A stretch of 58,880 nucleotides of DNA. Origin: Atractiella rhizophila. Lineage: Eukaryota. Of the stretch, positions 37,606 to 50,895 are shown one piece after another (positions within the stretch are counted from its first letter, which is position 1; every line of letters begins with the position of its first letter). Where the stretch lies: positions 1-58,880 of the forward strand of contig MU271472.1 in assembly GCA_021432655.1 (NCBI GenBank). Reading direction: 5' to 3'. The translations under genes and the position numbers were made by a program. The notes beneath the pieces are model-generated. The model worked only from the letters and a program-made list of their open reading frames with translations, had not been told where the DNA came from and made no database searches.

Positions 37606-38784
37606 ATGTCTTTGATTCGCGTTGGTTTTGTAGGTCTATCGGCTGGTGGTGGTTGGGGAAGTCAAGCGCATCTCCCATACCTCCAAAAATCGACAAAATA
37701 TGCCATCCGAGGCCTCCTCAACAGTACTCCGGAATCAGCCAAGGCAGCGATTCAGGCTTTCTCTCTCCCAACGGACGCCAAAATCTATTCTTCCCCTCAA
37801 GAACTCGCAGACGATCCCGACATTGATCTCGTCGTGATTTCTGTCAACGTAGCACAACATTATGAGCTCGTTCTTCCATCTTTAAAGAATGGCAAGAAAG
37901 CCTTCGTCGAATGGCCTCTCGGGAAGACGTTGGAGGAGGCGGAGGCATTGGTGGCGGTAGCGAGATCGAGTGGGATCGCTACTTCTGCCTTTATGGGATT
38001 GCAAGGACGATTCAATCCGGTGGTCGGCAAGGCGAAGCAGCTTGTGGAGAATGGAGAGGTGGGAAAGATTCTGAGCACGACTCTGAACGGCGTTGTTCCG
38101 GTGAACACTGTGTTTTGGCATCGAGGAATTAGAGCTCATTTCCTTGTATTTCGCAGCTACACGGTCCGACTGCAGCGATGCCCAAGATTTATTATCATAT
38201 CATGGAAGAAGACTCAGGTGCCAACTTTCGCAGAGTCCATACCGGCCACAGTGCGTCTTCGTCTTCCTTTCAATAAGTATTGATGGTATTGGACAGTGAT
38301 CGACACGTTCTGTTTCGTTCTAGGCGAATGGGACAAGTACACAAGCGTCGCGAAGAATCGGCGGTCATTCTTCCGTCATGCAGACACTGGGGATACGGCT
38401 CCCAAAACCGCCATAGATCACGTCTTCATCCAAGGCATTCTAAAGAGCGGAGTCGTAGCATCCGTCGCATTTCTTGGTGCCGACATTGCGCCCGGAACCC
38501 CCGCATTGGTTTGGAGGATTCAAGGAGAAAATGGAGAGATCGAAATCACGTCTGAGAGTGACGCCATCCTAGGGAACGCGGGTGATGCAAAGATAAGGGT
38601 CATCAAGGAGCGCCAAGCTGTTGAGGTGCCCGTCGACCTGGAAATCTTCGGTTTCCAGGGCACGCAAGCACATATTGCGGCTGAATATGAAGAGTACGCA
38701 TCTGGAGGAACGAGATTGGCCAATTTCGAGGTGGCGTTAGAAAGGCACAAATTCTTGAGGGAAATCGTCGAGAAGAGTCTGTAG
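37606..38784 (+). CDS. Gfo/Idh/MocA oxidoreductase, Gal80-like (paralog 3)
   Basis: RVGFVGLSAGGGWGSQAHLPYL, AFVEWPLG. Middle exon 38157-38250. Confidence 0.92.
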
Positions 38785-39476
38785 TGTCAAACGTAGGCTA
38801 CAAATGGTATCCGTGTTGATTCTGGTTTCGGTATGAAATGAAACAAAGGTCACAGTTCTTGTTTAAATTCAGCGTACGCGTCTGTCATGGTTTTATGACT
38901 TTTCATAATCGCTCAAATGGAAGTTTCGATAGCAAGTGTACTGAAGGCTTTTCCATCTAAACCTGGCTATTATTAATACGCCGAGTTGCAGGCAGAGGCG
39001 TATGAAACGAAAGCGCTTCAGAGTCCGTCTATATTGGTCTACACGATGTACCAGCGAGTGTACACAACTGGGAATCGTAGAATGCAACATCTAGCGCCGA
39101 AAAAGAGTCAACTCTCAATTTCAGTGTGCCTTACGGCGTCATAGTCTGCCAGAGGAGGACAAAGAGCCCATGTACAGGGCTCGGCGCTGTGCAAAGAGCA
39201 TAAAAGCAAATAATACTATGATTTGGCAATAATGCGCGTCCTGCTTGTCATTTTTTGGAGACAAATGGGCGCACCAGCTGCGTAAAACCATTTTCTAGGC
39301 CCTATCCCTTCTCTCAAGCACACAGCTGAATTATTCCTCTCCTTTGATTACTTTCATGGTGGTGGTGATAGACGAAGAAATGCGCGGATCGGATGGGTCC
39401 GCTCCACCTTCCCGCTTGCATTTTGCCCTGACAGCCACCGCTTTGTTGCTCAACGTCCCCAAAAACTATAGCCAAA

Positions 39477-41162
39477 ATGTCAAGTCATACTCCCACTCGC
39501 GATGCGCTAGACTACGAGTCGCCCTCGCCCACCTTCGCCTTGTCCTTCTCTTCGCTGTCCTCGACCCACAGCAACGCCAACGTCCGACTCGCCATCGGCT
39601 CTTACCTCTCCTCAGGCCAAGGCGACAACTTCGTCACCGTCGTCGGACTCGACAGCTTGGTCTTGTATCAACTCAGTTTGGAGGACAAGAACGAGGATCG
39701 TCGTCCGCTTCCGCTCAGGAACGCTTCCACTACTTCCTCTTTCGTGCCACTTGCGAGGGCTCAGCATCAGTATCCGGTCACGGCGTTGGAGTTTGGTCCG
39801 CCTACGCTGGCGAGTAGCGATAATGGTGTGAAGAAGGAGATGGTGGGCACTACGAGCGATTGTTTGAGGTTGTGGGAGTTCATTGAAGACGATGGATCGG
39901 GTAGTGGGAGGAATAAGACTGCTCCGAGGATAGTGCAGAAGCAAGTGCTACAACATGTGCGTCTATTTATCCACTTTCTGGGCAAAGACAAAGAGAGGTG
40001 GCGTTTACATCACCGATACTTCGTGAAAGAGTCAATGCAATGTGGAAAGTGTTGAGAAGGTATCTTGGAGCTTGAATATTGTGATCCTTGACGAAAAATG
40101 TGTTCTAATTAACCTGCTTGACATAAATTGTTGTGCCTTAAACATGCGCAAGCAACGTCAGGCTAGATGAGATTGTACCACAGTTTTCAGCTCAAATCTA
40201 GTCCCAATAGTACTCCACATTTGGTTTCTTCCTTTCACACCTGTCATCTTCGTCACTAACGCCTCTTCCTGTTCACGAACTCACCAGGCAAAATCATCCC
40301 AACTGGCACCACTCACCTCCTTCTCCTGGTGTCCCATCGATCCCACCCTAATCGCAACCTCGAGTGTAGACACGACCTGTTCAATCTGGGACATCTCCAG
40401 CGGCACCGCCCTGACCCAACTGATCGCACACGACAAGGAAGTCTTCGATGTAGCATGGTCGCCCACACAACGAGACGTGTTCGCCAGTGTTGGAGCGGAC
40501 GGGAGCGTGCGGATGTTCGATTTGAGGAGTTTGGAACATAGCACCATCCTGTATGAAAAGGGAGTCTCCCAAACCCATTCGAGCAAGCAGAGGGGTAGCA
40601 GCGCGAATAATAATACTCCTCCCGTCGCGAATTCGAATGTCCCGACACCGTCTACTCCGCTCCTTAGACTCGCTTATAATCCTAGCAATCCTAATATGCT
40701 GGCTGTTTTTCATGCGAATTCGAATTCGATTCAGATCCTCGATGTTAGAAGTCCTGGAGTACCAAATTACGAATTGAAGGCTCACAAGGCGAATGTGAAC
40801 GGTATAGCCTGGTCAGTCCCAGGTTACGCAACAGGGAACGGATCATTACTAGGCTCATGCTGTTCGTCACTCTCTTCTCCATATACTCTCGCTGATGCTT
40901 AATGCCTATTTTCCTCTTGGCAGCCGACGACTCGCAAGTGCTACTATGGGACGTTTCTCCCTCCACAGCCTCCTCCTCCCCTCCCTCCCGCTCAAAGAAA
41001 GACGCGGGCACGACGACTCAGACGATCCGAGAACCGGTCTTCGCTTACTCTGCTCAATGCGAGGTGGGAAGCATAGCTTGGAGCGGAACTCATGCGTCGG
41101 CTGGTGGGAGCAGCTTTGTGGCGGTGACGATGGGACGGACGGTGAGGTGCTTGAGGATTTGA
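39477..41162 (+). CDS. WD40 protein of the DCAF7/WDR68/TTG1(AN11)/YPL247C family
   Basis: RLAIGSY, YPVT, TTSDCLRLWE, APLTSFSW, SSVDTTCSIWDI, TQLIAHDKEVFDVAW, FASVGADGSVRMFDLRSLEHSTILYE, PLLRLA. Confidence 0.93.
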
Positions 41163-41419
41163 ACCACCTGATCAGGTTCACTGGATGATGGACGATTGAT
41201 GGTTGTGATTGTGGGATTGGATTGCTGTGTGCTCTGAGATCTGATGGATGGATGGTGCGGATGTGCTTTGTGCTTTTGTGCTTATACCTGGTGCTTGTGC
41301 AATGAGACTTTGTACTTGTACTTGTATCAAGAAATAGACTTTCTTTAGTATATACATGAAAGTTGAATTTTAAGTCAGAAGAACCACGAGTATCACCTCT
41401 CACTCTCCAAGTTAGGAGG

Positions 41420-43634
41420 TCACATCTTCCTCTCTTCTCCCCTCCTCTGCCTCGCCCTCCAACGCGCTCTCCCCTCCAATAGCTTCATCCTCATCCTTCC
41501 CGCATTGAGCAAGACGACGAATCCAAGAACCGTCGGGATCGCAGTCTTCCAAAAGTTGAGGACGTGTGAGCCTTCGTCCGTCACATTCGGGAAGACATCA
41601 AAATTCCTTTGAAGTTCCTCATAAGCATGATATACAGGAAAGGGAAGGAAAGGGACGAACATTCCGTAGTAGCTAGTCCAGAAACTGAGGGGAAGGAAGA
41701 CCACTTTTCGGAGGTCAAATTCAGACACTGGCGATGGTTATGAAGAAAGGAGGGGAGACGGACCGCTGACTAGTGTGAGGGTGCGCATGGATTGAGAGCT
41801 GTGATATGAAATCATCTATATCCCCAGAAGTTAGGAGACTAAGATAAAGGGGCTCAAGGAAAGACTTACATTAAAATTGAAGTCCACTAAGTTCTTTGCC
41901 AACATCCTAAACAGCTCAATGGACGAAAGACAAGCCTCCAAATGATCCTTGACGTCGTTCAAATACACCCTGGTCTGTTCACTTACAAAAAACTTTCCCT
42001 CCACCTCCTTTTCCGCGGTAGACGAAGACAGACGTGAAGGCTCTATCGATGTAGAGGAAGGATTGGCATTTCGCTGTTGACGCGGATAATGTACTTGATT
42101 ATAATGTAAGCGCGCCAATTCCCTCTCGTGCCCTTGTAACCGTTGCACGACACTCAACAGAGGTTCGAGGGAACGTTTTAGAGCTACGAGTTGGGCAGAG
42201 AGGAGATGGAGTTGGCGAACCGTTCGTGCTTCCGGTTTGAGGAGGACTGAACGACCGAACATCCACGCACCATCCACAATCACATCAGCTTTTCCTTCTT
42301 GCTTTGGATTGAAAGAAAGAAAGACAGAAGAAGGTGACAAACCGCCGGATTCAAAGTGTGTCAGACGATCGCCGAAGGTACGGACGAGGTCGAGGGCATG
42401 ATCAGTACCTTTCATTGCCCACATCGTCAGGGTTGACTACTACCGTGAAGGTGGGTGGAGGTTAGAAGGGGACGAACAAATATCGACGATGTTTTGGAGG
42501 ACCATCGAAACGTCCTCACTCTCCCGCAGGAGTGATTTCTCGTCTTCTAGCCGCGTTTTTAGCACCGGAGAGAGACGATCGGAGTCTGCGGAGGGTGAAA
42601 GGGATGGGGAGAATATAAGTAGGGTGTTTGAAGGAGTTTGGAAGAGGTTCAGCAGGGACGTTCCTGTGCGCATCCTTTACAAGTCAATGTGAAGTCGAAT
42701 GGAAAGTAATACATGAATTGAAGCGGGTGCTCACTGATGGGAACCGAATAAGCGTGAGGGCTACCATGGGTATCGAGAAGGGACGAGAACGCTTTCTCGT
42801 CCTCTTCCGAAGCGGCGAGGGTGGTGGGAGATATTGCGGTATGGGAGTTGTCGAAGATGGAGGAGAAGATAGATTCGTGTTTGGAACGAGACGTAGGCGG
42901 GCAGGCACGGGTGTGGAGTGGGAGCTCAAGGAAGAGATGTTGCGGATAGAATTCAACTTTCGGAGGGTAGGTGGAGGACGTGTCGAGGGTGTCTTCGATA
43001 GCGAGGGGGTGGAAGTCTGTCCATCATTGTGTCAATTCGCATATCAACATTACAGCAAATGTTGGGGAGAAGACGAACCGTAAGCGATAGCGGCAGCTCT
43101 GAGAACGTCCCAACTCCCACCTCTGACATTGATCACCCGAGCCTTGACCCAGTCGCCTTTCTCTTTCCGTATCCAATCGATGAACTCCTTGTTGGTCAGC
43201 AAGGAGTATTCGACGCGCGTCTTGCTGTAGTCCCATACCTCGATCGTTATTGGTGAATGCTCAGGGAAGGACGAGGAGGAAGGTAAACGGTGAGGAGATA
43301 TTCCGGGCTCGCTCAAGAAGGAACGCGATGTCGCGGTCGCAGTTCTCGCTGGAGAGTGATGGAGATGACGTCGCGGAGGCACAACTGGAAGAGGAACGGC
43401 GCTGCTCTTGGGAAATTTGATGTATGGCGCGAGAGGAACCGGAAGGAGATACCGCACGAAAGAACCAACGGCGCTGGCGCTCGAAAGTAATGGTGAACTC
43501 GCTCTCGAGCCAGAGCAGACTCGAAAGTGACTGACGAATCTGGCTTCCATTATGCCTAAACACTCCGTTAGCATCATTCCTCACATAGAATAAGCGCCAA
43601 CGTCTGCCCAAAGACTAGCACACCTATGCCTCAT
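41420..43634 (-). CDS. CorA-like Mg2+/divalent cation transporter (5' end approximate)
   Basis: WVKARVINVRGGSWDVL, LLRESEDVSMVLQNIVD, YLNDVKDH, VVFLPLSFWTSYYG-M|N-F (GMN signature split by an intron) and a second TM FWKTAIPTVLGFVVLL. Confidence 0.85.
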
Positions 43635-43933
43635 TGAGCTTTCCCGCAAGACCAGCTGCAAAGAGTCCTCAGGGAGGATATTATGATTCATCAACTAACA
43701 TCATCCAAGCTTGGATTTACAGAGGAGAGATTCGAAGCTTTGGGTATCACAGTTGTAATTCACATTTCGCCAACTAAGATCTTCACGGGTTTGAGCCTTT
43801 CTGCTCTTCACTCTTATTTCAACATTGTTTGGACTGAACTTTAGAGGTCCTGTATTCTCTTTGCATAGGAAAAACATTGACAAGTCAGCGAGCTGCACGT
43901 CAAGGTGGTTTTTGCGGTTCTCCAAGGCAAATC

Positions 43934-46294
43934 TCATGCCTGCTTCCTGTCGATCTTCACGAAGTACCAGAGGACAGCCATTGCCCCACAAAGTATGAGG
44001 ACTATAGGCTGCAGCACATTGGTCGCTATCCCACCCATCGTCATATCAGCCTCAACTGAGGGAATGGGACAAAGGAGCAAGTTAACGCACAGTACCGTTG
44101 TGCAAGTGCACCAGTGATGAAGGCTATTATTGAGCTTGTTCATCAGAAGCTTCTGTCAGAAAGTAGGCAGCATACGAAACAGTGCTGCTCCTGTAAAAGA
44201 CCGTCAGCAATCTCAATAATGAGGCTCAAACGTGATGACAGAGGAACAAACCTTGTTGTCCGAAGGCAGCGATGAATCCAATCGCACCCTTCACCACGAC
44301 CATCAGCGGCTATCCCTCTTACCTTCTCGCTCGACATACCGAATGTAACGACCTCGGCAAGATCTTGACTGCAATGCTCATGGCATTAGGATAGAATGGT
44401 CCCTACATACATTCTCTCCCTTAGTATCTATCAAAAACTCTCATGATGGGAAAGACTCACGAGTACAAACCCCACAACAGCGACAGACACGGCATTCCCA
44501 GGCAGAGATTCAACGAACCAAATTGTGAACTCGAGAGCAATCACGATCCCCAGGTAATAGAAGATGACTTTCTTCTCTCCCACGAACGTGTTGAGTTTCG
44601 GGCAACATAGACGTCCCAGGGCGATTCCAGCCCAGAAACCTGTCGCTATATATCCCGCGCTGTTGTTTCTTTTAAACGATGAAAGATGAAGGAGGATAAG
44701 CAAACCTGTGTCCTCCGGATCGCTCGTCAATGACAAACGATACGATCCAACCTACAGAGTCACATTTGATTAGTTCAGATGTTCTCCAGTGTTCGATGCG
44801 AGGGATGAGGTACCTCCAATCGACACTTCCGTGCCCACATATAACAATATGAAGGCTGCCATGACGAGAACATTTCGATCCGTGAGAATACGCTTCAACT
44901 TCGCCTTATGGTCGTCCTCTTGAACCACCATGTTCCCTTCTTCCATCCCTCTCACTCCTACAGCAGCCATCTCCTGTCCCTCCTGTCTTTCAGACGAGTC
45001 TTCAGCCGCCGATTCGCGCTCGAGTCGGAACATGCTGAGAAGTAACAGAAAGTTCACTACTCCAAGACCGAGGGTGACGAGCCAGAAATAGGAGAATTTG
45101 ATGCCAGAGGAGACGAAAGCGGTGGCGATAAGCGGACTGATGAGTGCTCCTGATGTTAGCGACCATAGGAGTAAATAACTAAACCTCTTGTGCGAAGGAA
45201 GGAAGGCGATGGAACAAACCGAGTCCATAGAAAGCATGCAGTAGTCCCATCTTCCATGCTACATTGCCACCCGTCCCTCCAATGTAAGCATTTGCAGCTG
45301 CATCCTGATGCCACGAGTCAGACATTCATAGTCAGGGAAATGGAGAAAGAAGGAAGGATGTTGGGAAACAGAGAATGATACAGACCTGTAACGCCATCCC
45401 GAAACCGTTGATAGCGTAGCAGACGACGATAAGGGGGAAATTGATTGGAGGAGCCATTAGTGTGTAAGCCTGTTCGAAAATCGTGTAAACATTTACATCT
45501 GGGTGATGGAGGCACTAACAATTGTTTGCTGAAAAGCTCCCCAGGCAATCACCTACAAAAGTCTCTCATCAACTGGACTTGTCGACAAAGGCATAAAAGA
45601 GGAGAAGAGGTACAGTTCCCAATCCGAACTTGTCAGTCAAATATGTATTGGAGAACGATGCGAGGATGAAACCGATGCATTGGCCGACGAAGAGCGTAGA
45701 AACGGTCATGTATCCGATCTGAGATCCACCCAACAGTCAAAAAGTAAACTAGGAGGGAGATGGAGGAGCCGGAGGATAGACCTACGTGAAAGTAGGACTG
45801 CATACTACATGAGATGAAGTTAGCTAGCAGAGAAGAGAAATCAAGGAAGAGGGACTAAGGAATCAAGGCTCCTGCACTCGCGTCTGATATGCCAGCAACT
45901 GTTACTCCGTGGTCACCCCATTTGAACAAACAAGAGATCCTTGAGAGGAAACTACAATTGAAGGACACATGTCAGACATCAGCTCCTCGCGTTTGAGTTA
46001 CCACAGAGAGAAAAATGCACGAACCTGACCAACAAGTGTGAAAAAGCATGCCCATTCCTTCCCCGTGAATTTCCATCCATCTAAAGCTCGAGACACCATA
46101 CTCCTCTTCTTGAACGTCGCATCGCAAGGTGGCATTGACGCCTCGATATTTGCATCTGCCACCATTGCAAGAGCGGACGATGCAGGGTCATCACGCCGTT
46201 CAAGAGAGTCGTCGATTCCTAGGCTTTTGATAGACTTCCCGTCCAGATCCATTGCGGTCACTCTGGGTTGTGGAGTAGGAGAGAGAGACATCAT
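43934..46294 (-). CDS. MFS transporter (Bsc6/fucose-permease-like), many introns
   Basis: GALISPLIATAF, FILLYVGTEVSIGG, ATGFWAGIALGR and VLQPIVLILCGAMAVLW, plus multiple hydrophobic helices. Confidence 0.87.
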
Positions 46295-47289
46295 GCCGCG
46301 CTTTTCAATGTACAGAATCGCGAGCTGCCCTTTAAAAGTCTTGATCCGCACTAGAAACTGGGGGGTACACGTCGACAGCTCGCTACTCCGTGAGGAAGAT
46401 ACGCAATTTGGACCCCTGGTGGATTCTCGGATCTGAGACAAAGATGCTCGGCAGCCTGCGCACAGCAATTTAGCGACTGTGGGCTAGCTTTGCTTATGTC
46501 GTGTCGTCAGCAACCAACAGAACTTCCACGTAGACAATGGGCTAATTGTGGTGGAATATTCGCCATCTCGAATTCTAGTGCAATGTGATCTGAAAGTCGA
46601 AGGAGAGATGCATCGAGGTTTTCTCAACTTCAAAACGCAACAACTTCTTCAAGTGTGCCCACGACCTGAGCAGTCAGTGAACGTTTCACTCTCTAACACT
46701 CCTATTAGCAACGCGTCACGATGAATGGGAACAATGAACAATGTTGGCCCCGAAAGATGACATTTTAGAGCAAGCCCCTTGTGCTACGTCACTTCCTCAC
46801 ACCTCATAACCACCACAAATTCATTTGGAATATCTGGCGATTGCACTAGAAGAACACAGGTGAGGGATGTTGGTCCGCTCGTTAAGTGAATGTCTGGGAG
46901 TGGTGGCCTGGTCTGCTCTTGTCTGGTCTGCGCTCGTCAGAGTGATATTGACAACGATATGCGCGTATACCTCGTTGGCGAAGGACTGGAAACAGACGGA
47001 GGCGAATATCCTCGATAATGACGCTCATGAGTCGTCCTGCGACATATGCGTTATTCTCTACCCTCTTAAGCGGTTATCCGGGGGTTACCACTTACCGGCG
47101 AATGGGTCGATTGTTGGCATGTTCAGGCACGTATGATATAGACCGTCATACGTAACATAAAGCCAGAAAGCACTTCGGGCTTCCAATACTTGTGCGAATC
47201 TCTGCTTCTCATGTTACACAGAACACAAGCTTGATCGTTGTGCAAACCAAAAATGAATCAAAGTTGAACGGTTCTTCGCAGGAAATAGG

Positions 47290-48201
47290 ATGTCATTCTG
47301 GGTACCCCAAGTCGTCAACGTCGTCTCCACCTCTCCTCTCTACAGCGTGGGCCTTCCAATTGCGCTAGGTACGCTCTCCCTCCGTCGTCCTCACAGTCAA
47401 CCGCCTGAATGCTTTACAGGGAGCGCAAGTGGTTTGGTTACCCAAAAATCTGTCAACAGCTGGTAGGTCTTCAGCATCCTCCTCAAAGATGTTGTATCAA
47501 CAAAATTGCTCAAAGGTACCCTACGCTTCGCAAACCTCCCTACGGTGATCCACCTCGGGCAGCCTTCCCGGTTGCATGGACCGTTCGTCTCCATTTTCCT
47601 TTCTAACGCCTTCCAAACTAAACCTCATTCGTTGAAAAGTCGCTGTACGCAGCTATGGGCTACGGATCCTACCTCCTCCGTCATACCATCGACACTTCTC
47701 TCTCGAAAAACGATCGGACGCTCGCACATCAAGCTTTTGGTTTATATTGGTTCTCTCTCGCTTTGAACTTGGCATGGACTCCCCTATTCTTCGGATTACA
47801 GATGGTATCGCTCTTTTTGCCTACAATCGAAACATGAAGCCCATTTTGACTGTGTTGAACGTTAGCCGACACTCGCACTGCTAGATATCACAACATTGAC
47901 CGGCGTGGTTTATGTTATCACGGTACGTTGTTCTACCTGTGATGGAAATCGACTGAGCATAAATGGATAGTACAAAGCATTCCACATCAAGGCTTCCAAG
48001 TTGGCGGGATGGCTGTTCCTACCTTATTCCCTGTGGTTGACATACGGTCAGTCGTCTTTCCCCTTCCCATGACCAGCTACGTCCTGAACATGAAGCCATA
48101 TAGCGACCTATTTGAACGGCGGAAGCTGGTATCTAAATATATTGCCCAGATGGCAGAGAAAAGCGGAAGATAAAATTCACAAGGGAAAGGACGACCTCTA
48201 A
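47290..48201 (+). CDS. TSPO: TspO/MBR translocator protein
   Basis: WYPTLRKPP...PPRAAFPVAW, LYAAMGYGSYL, LALNLAWTPLFFGL, LFLPYSLWLTY|ATYLN. Stop TAA 48199-48201. Confidence 0.9.
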
Positions 48202-48488
48202 TCGACCTTCAATACTGGGGATATATTCTCAGACAAATTGTAAATCTAAACGGATGGTTATGTAAATAAAGAGAATGGATTGAGTATGAGTCGACATTTC
48301 AGCTGGTTTCAGCGCCATCCAGGACGTGATTAAGCGACATCCATGATATTATCGATCAAAAAGTGGATGGTATTCATTTGGAAGACATTCATGTCTCCGG
48401 ATATTCCATCAAACATTCATGAACGATGGTCTCAATTTTTCAAGCAAGGAAAAGTATCTCTTGCACTTGAAGAAAATCGAAGCTAGAA

Positions 48489-50398
48489 TTAGCATCCAAT
48501 CACGCCCTTTTCCTGCAAGGATGCTATCCTCTCCTCCCCATACCCCAACTCCTTCAGTACCTCCACAGTGTGCTCTCCCAAAACAGGCGGCGGACGACGA
48601 ATTGGCATTCGAGAGCCGTCGTAATGAACTGCAGGAGCGACAAGCTTGATATTCCCTACGTCCAATGGCACATCAACTCCTTCCTGGAGAAGAGCTAAAC
48701 AAAGGGTGTCAAAGACTCACCAGCCCTTGGATGATAAACCTCTTCCACTGCTTTTCGAGCCACAGCTTGAGGGTGTTCAAAAGTCTGTCGAATGTTATTG
48801 ATGGGAGCATGGGGCAGTCCTTGACCCTTTAGTCTGTCAAGCCACTCCTCCGTCGTCTGCTTGCGTGTCAAAGCATTGAGGGCGGGAATGAGCGTGTGGC
48901 GGTTAGCGACGCGAAGGGAGTTTGAGGTATAGAGTGACGAGGAGGCGAGGGAGGGGTCAGAAAGGACTCGACAGAGGGAGGCGAACTGGCGATCATTACC
49001 TGCACCTGTATCCAGACGAATCGAAATATATATGTTTCATTGATCGTGTTGTGGAAAAGTATAGAGGAAACGAACCAATCATGATCCACCCGTTAGAGGT
49101 TTCGAAATTCTCATACGGTACGATAGAGGGATGAGCGGTTCCTTGCCTTGTTGCTTCTTGGCCGGCGATCAAATGATTCGAGGCTATGTTAGCGAGCACG
49201 GCGAGTTGGGAATCAAAGAGATCTATATACAATAATTTCACATTAGAGGGAGTCCAAATTGGAGACAGAAGGAGACAAACTGGTATCGATCCATGTCCCA
49301 ACCCCGTTTTGCGAACGTGCAATCAAGGCGGCCATGATTGCACCGTGGAGATACAGACCAGTCACCTTTTCAGTTTGATCAGCTTGTAAAAATGGCGAAA
49401 GACGAAAACCATACCATATCGGTAATCGCTACACCAACCTTCACGGGCTGTCCGTCTTTTTCACCAGTAATGTGCATCAAACCCGCCTCCGCCTGCCATC
49501 CCATCCAGCCAAGGTTGGTCAGTGTCAATGCAGCGAGTAGAAGACGAAGTCCCAACCTCGATGGCAACATCATAGCCTGGTTTAGTACGTAGTGGACCGC
49601 TCTGTCCATATCCACTGACGGAAGCATAAATGAGCCGTTCATTGAGCTTCCTGCAATCTTCGAATCCGAGCCCAAGCTCTGAAAGTTTCCCTGGAACGTA
49701 GTTCTCCACCAAGACATCTGCTTCGCGGACGAGGGAGTATACAATCTCTCGTCCTTCATCACTCTTTAGATCAACCTCAATGCTACGTTTATTGCTTTCA
49801 TACAAGCATAATCAGAGGCGGAACTAAGAGAAGGTAACAGACGGACCGGTTCACGCAGAGAAAATAAGCACTTTCTGGAGGGAGTTTTGACCAATCCTTC
49901 CGTTGTATTTTCGGTGCGGCTCCATCTGGAGAAGGAGATGGAGGAGGTGTAGGAGGTGTCTCAATCATTGGAGCAGAGGGGGGAAACCATGACCGTGTGT
50001 CATCCTTTGCGCCAAGCCATGTCACTTCAGATGAAACAAATTCATGTAAGGAGAAACGCACGCCAACCACAGGGCGCTCGACTTTGACGACATCTGCCCT
50101 TGATTTGAGAGATGAGCCACTGAGAATAATAAGAATTGCTGAAGAACGGACCCAAGATCTGCGAGCAGCATGGTGCTGTAAGGTCCAGCTTATATCCCAA
50201 ATCAACAATCCTGCGCTATGCGAGGAATGAAAGCGGACCAAGGATTCGCGTCAAATCCACAACTTTGATGCCCTTTAACGGAGGGGGCATGACTGTGCTC
50301 GAGTGTCGCTTTACAAGAACTCGAAGAGCCGGGTGACGACGAGCCAGCTTTAAGCTCAGGCTGGGATTACCGATGCGAAAAAGACGTGCGTTCATCAT
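48489..50398 (-). CDS. CoA-transferase family III (CaiB/BaiF; succinate-hydroxymethylglutarate CoA-transferase-like), probable mitochondrial presequence
   Basis: [85 protein letters not shown]. Arg-rich N-terminus. Confidence 0.93.
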
Positions 50399-50895
50399 TT
50401 TGGTACGAATTGGTGCTGAATCAAATCTGTCTAAACAGCTCTGATGATCTGAGCTGCGAAAGTAGATGAGAGAAGTTCAAGCAGTTCGGGCTTACAGCAG
50501 TTCATTAAGCAAAAACATCATCATGCATCATTATCTCATCTCAACAAGAACAGTAAGTCGAGTTATAATATATATTTCTTGTCTCTCACATTATTACAAG
50601 CACATCATGGTTATGACGTTGGGTACGTGTGAGAGAATCCTAGCTACGAGATAGAGGCAATACTGGTATTATGGTGAAGGAGAGTTACATTGGAATGTCA
50701 TGCTTGTTCCTAATGATGCATAGAAGATGAAGATAACCTAAAGGTCTCGCCACTACCGTACGAGACGGAAAAATCGATGCGAGCTTCACGAGAATAAAGT
50801 CGCCTGAAAGTCTGCCAAAGAGGACAAAGCCGGCATGGGTGGGTATTCTGTTCGGTTGATTGGCTTGCGACATTGAGAGGAATCCTGTCGCTAGA

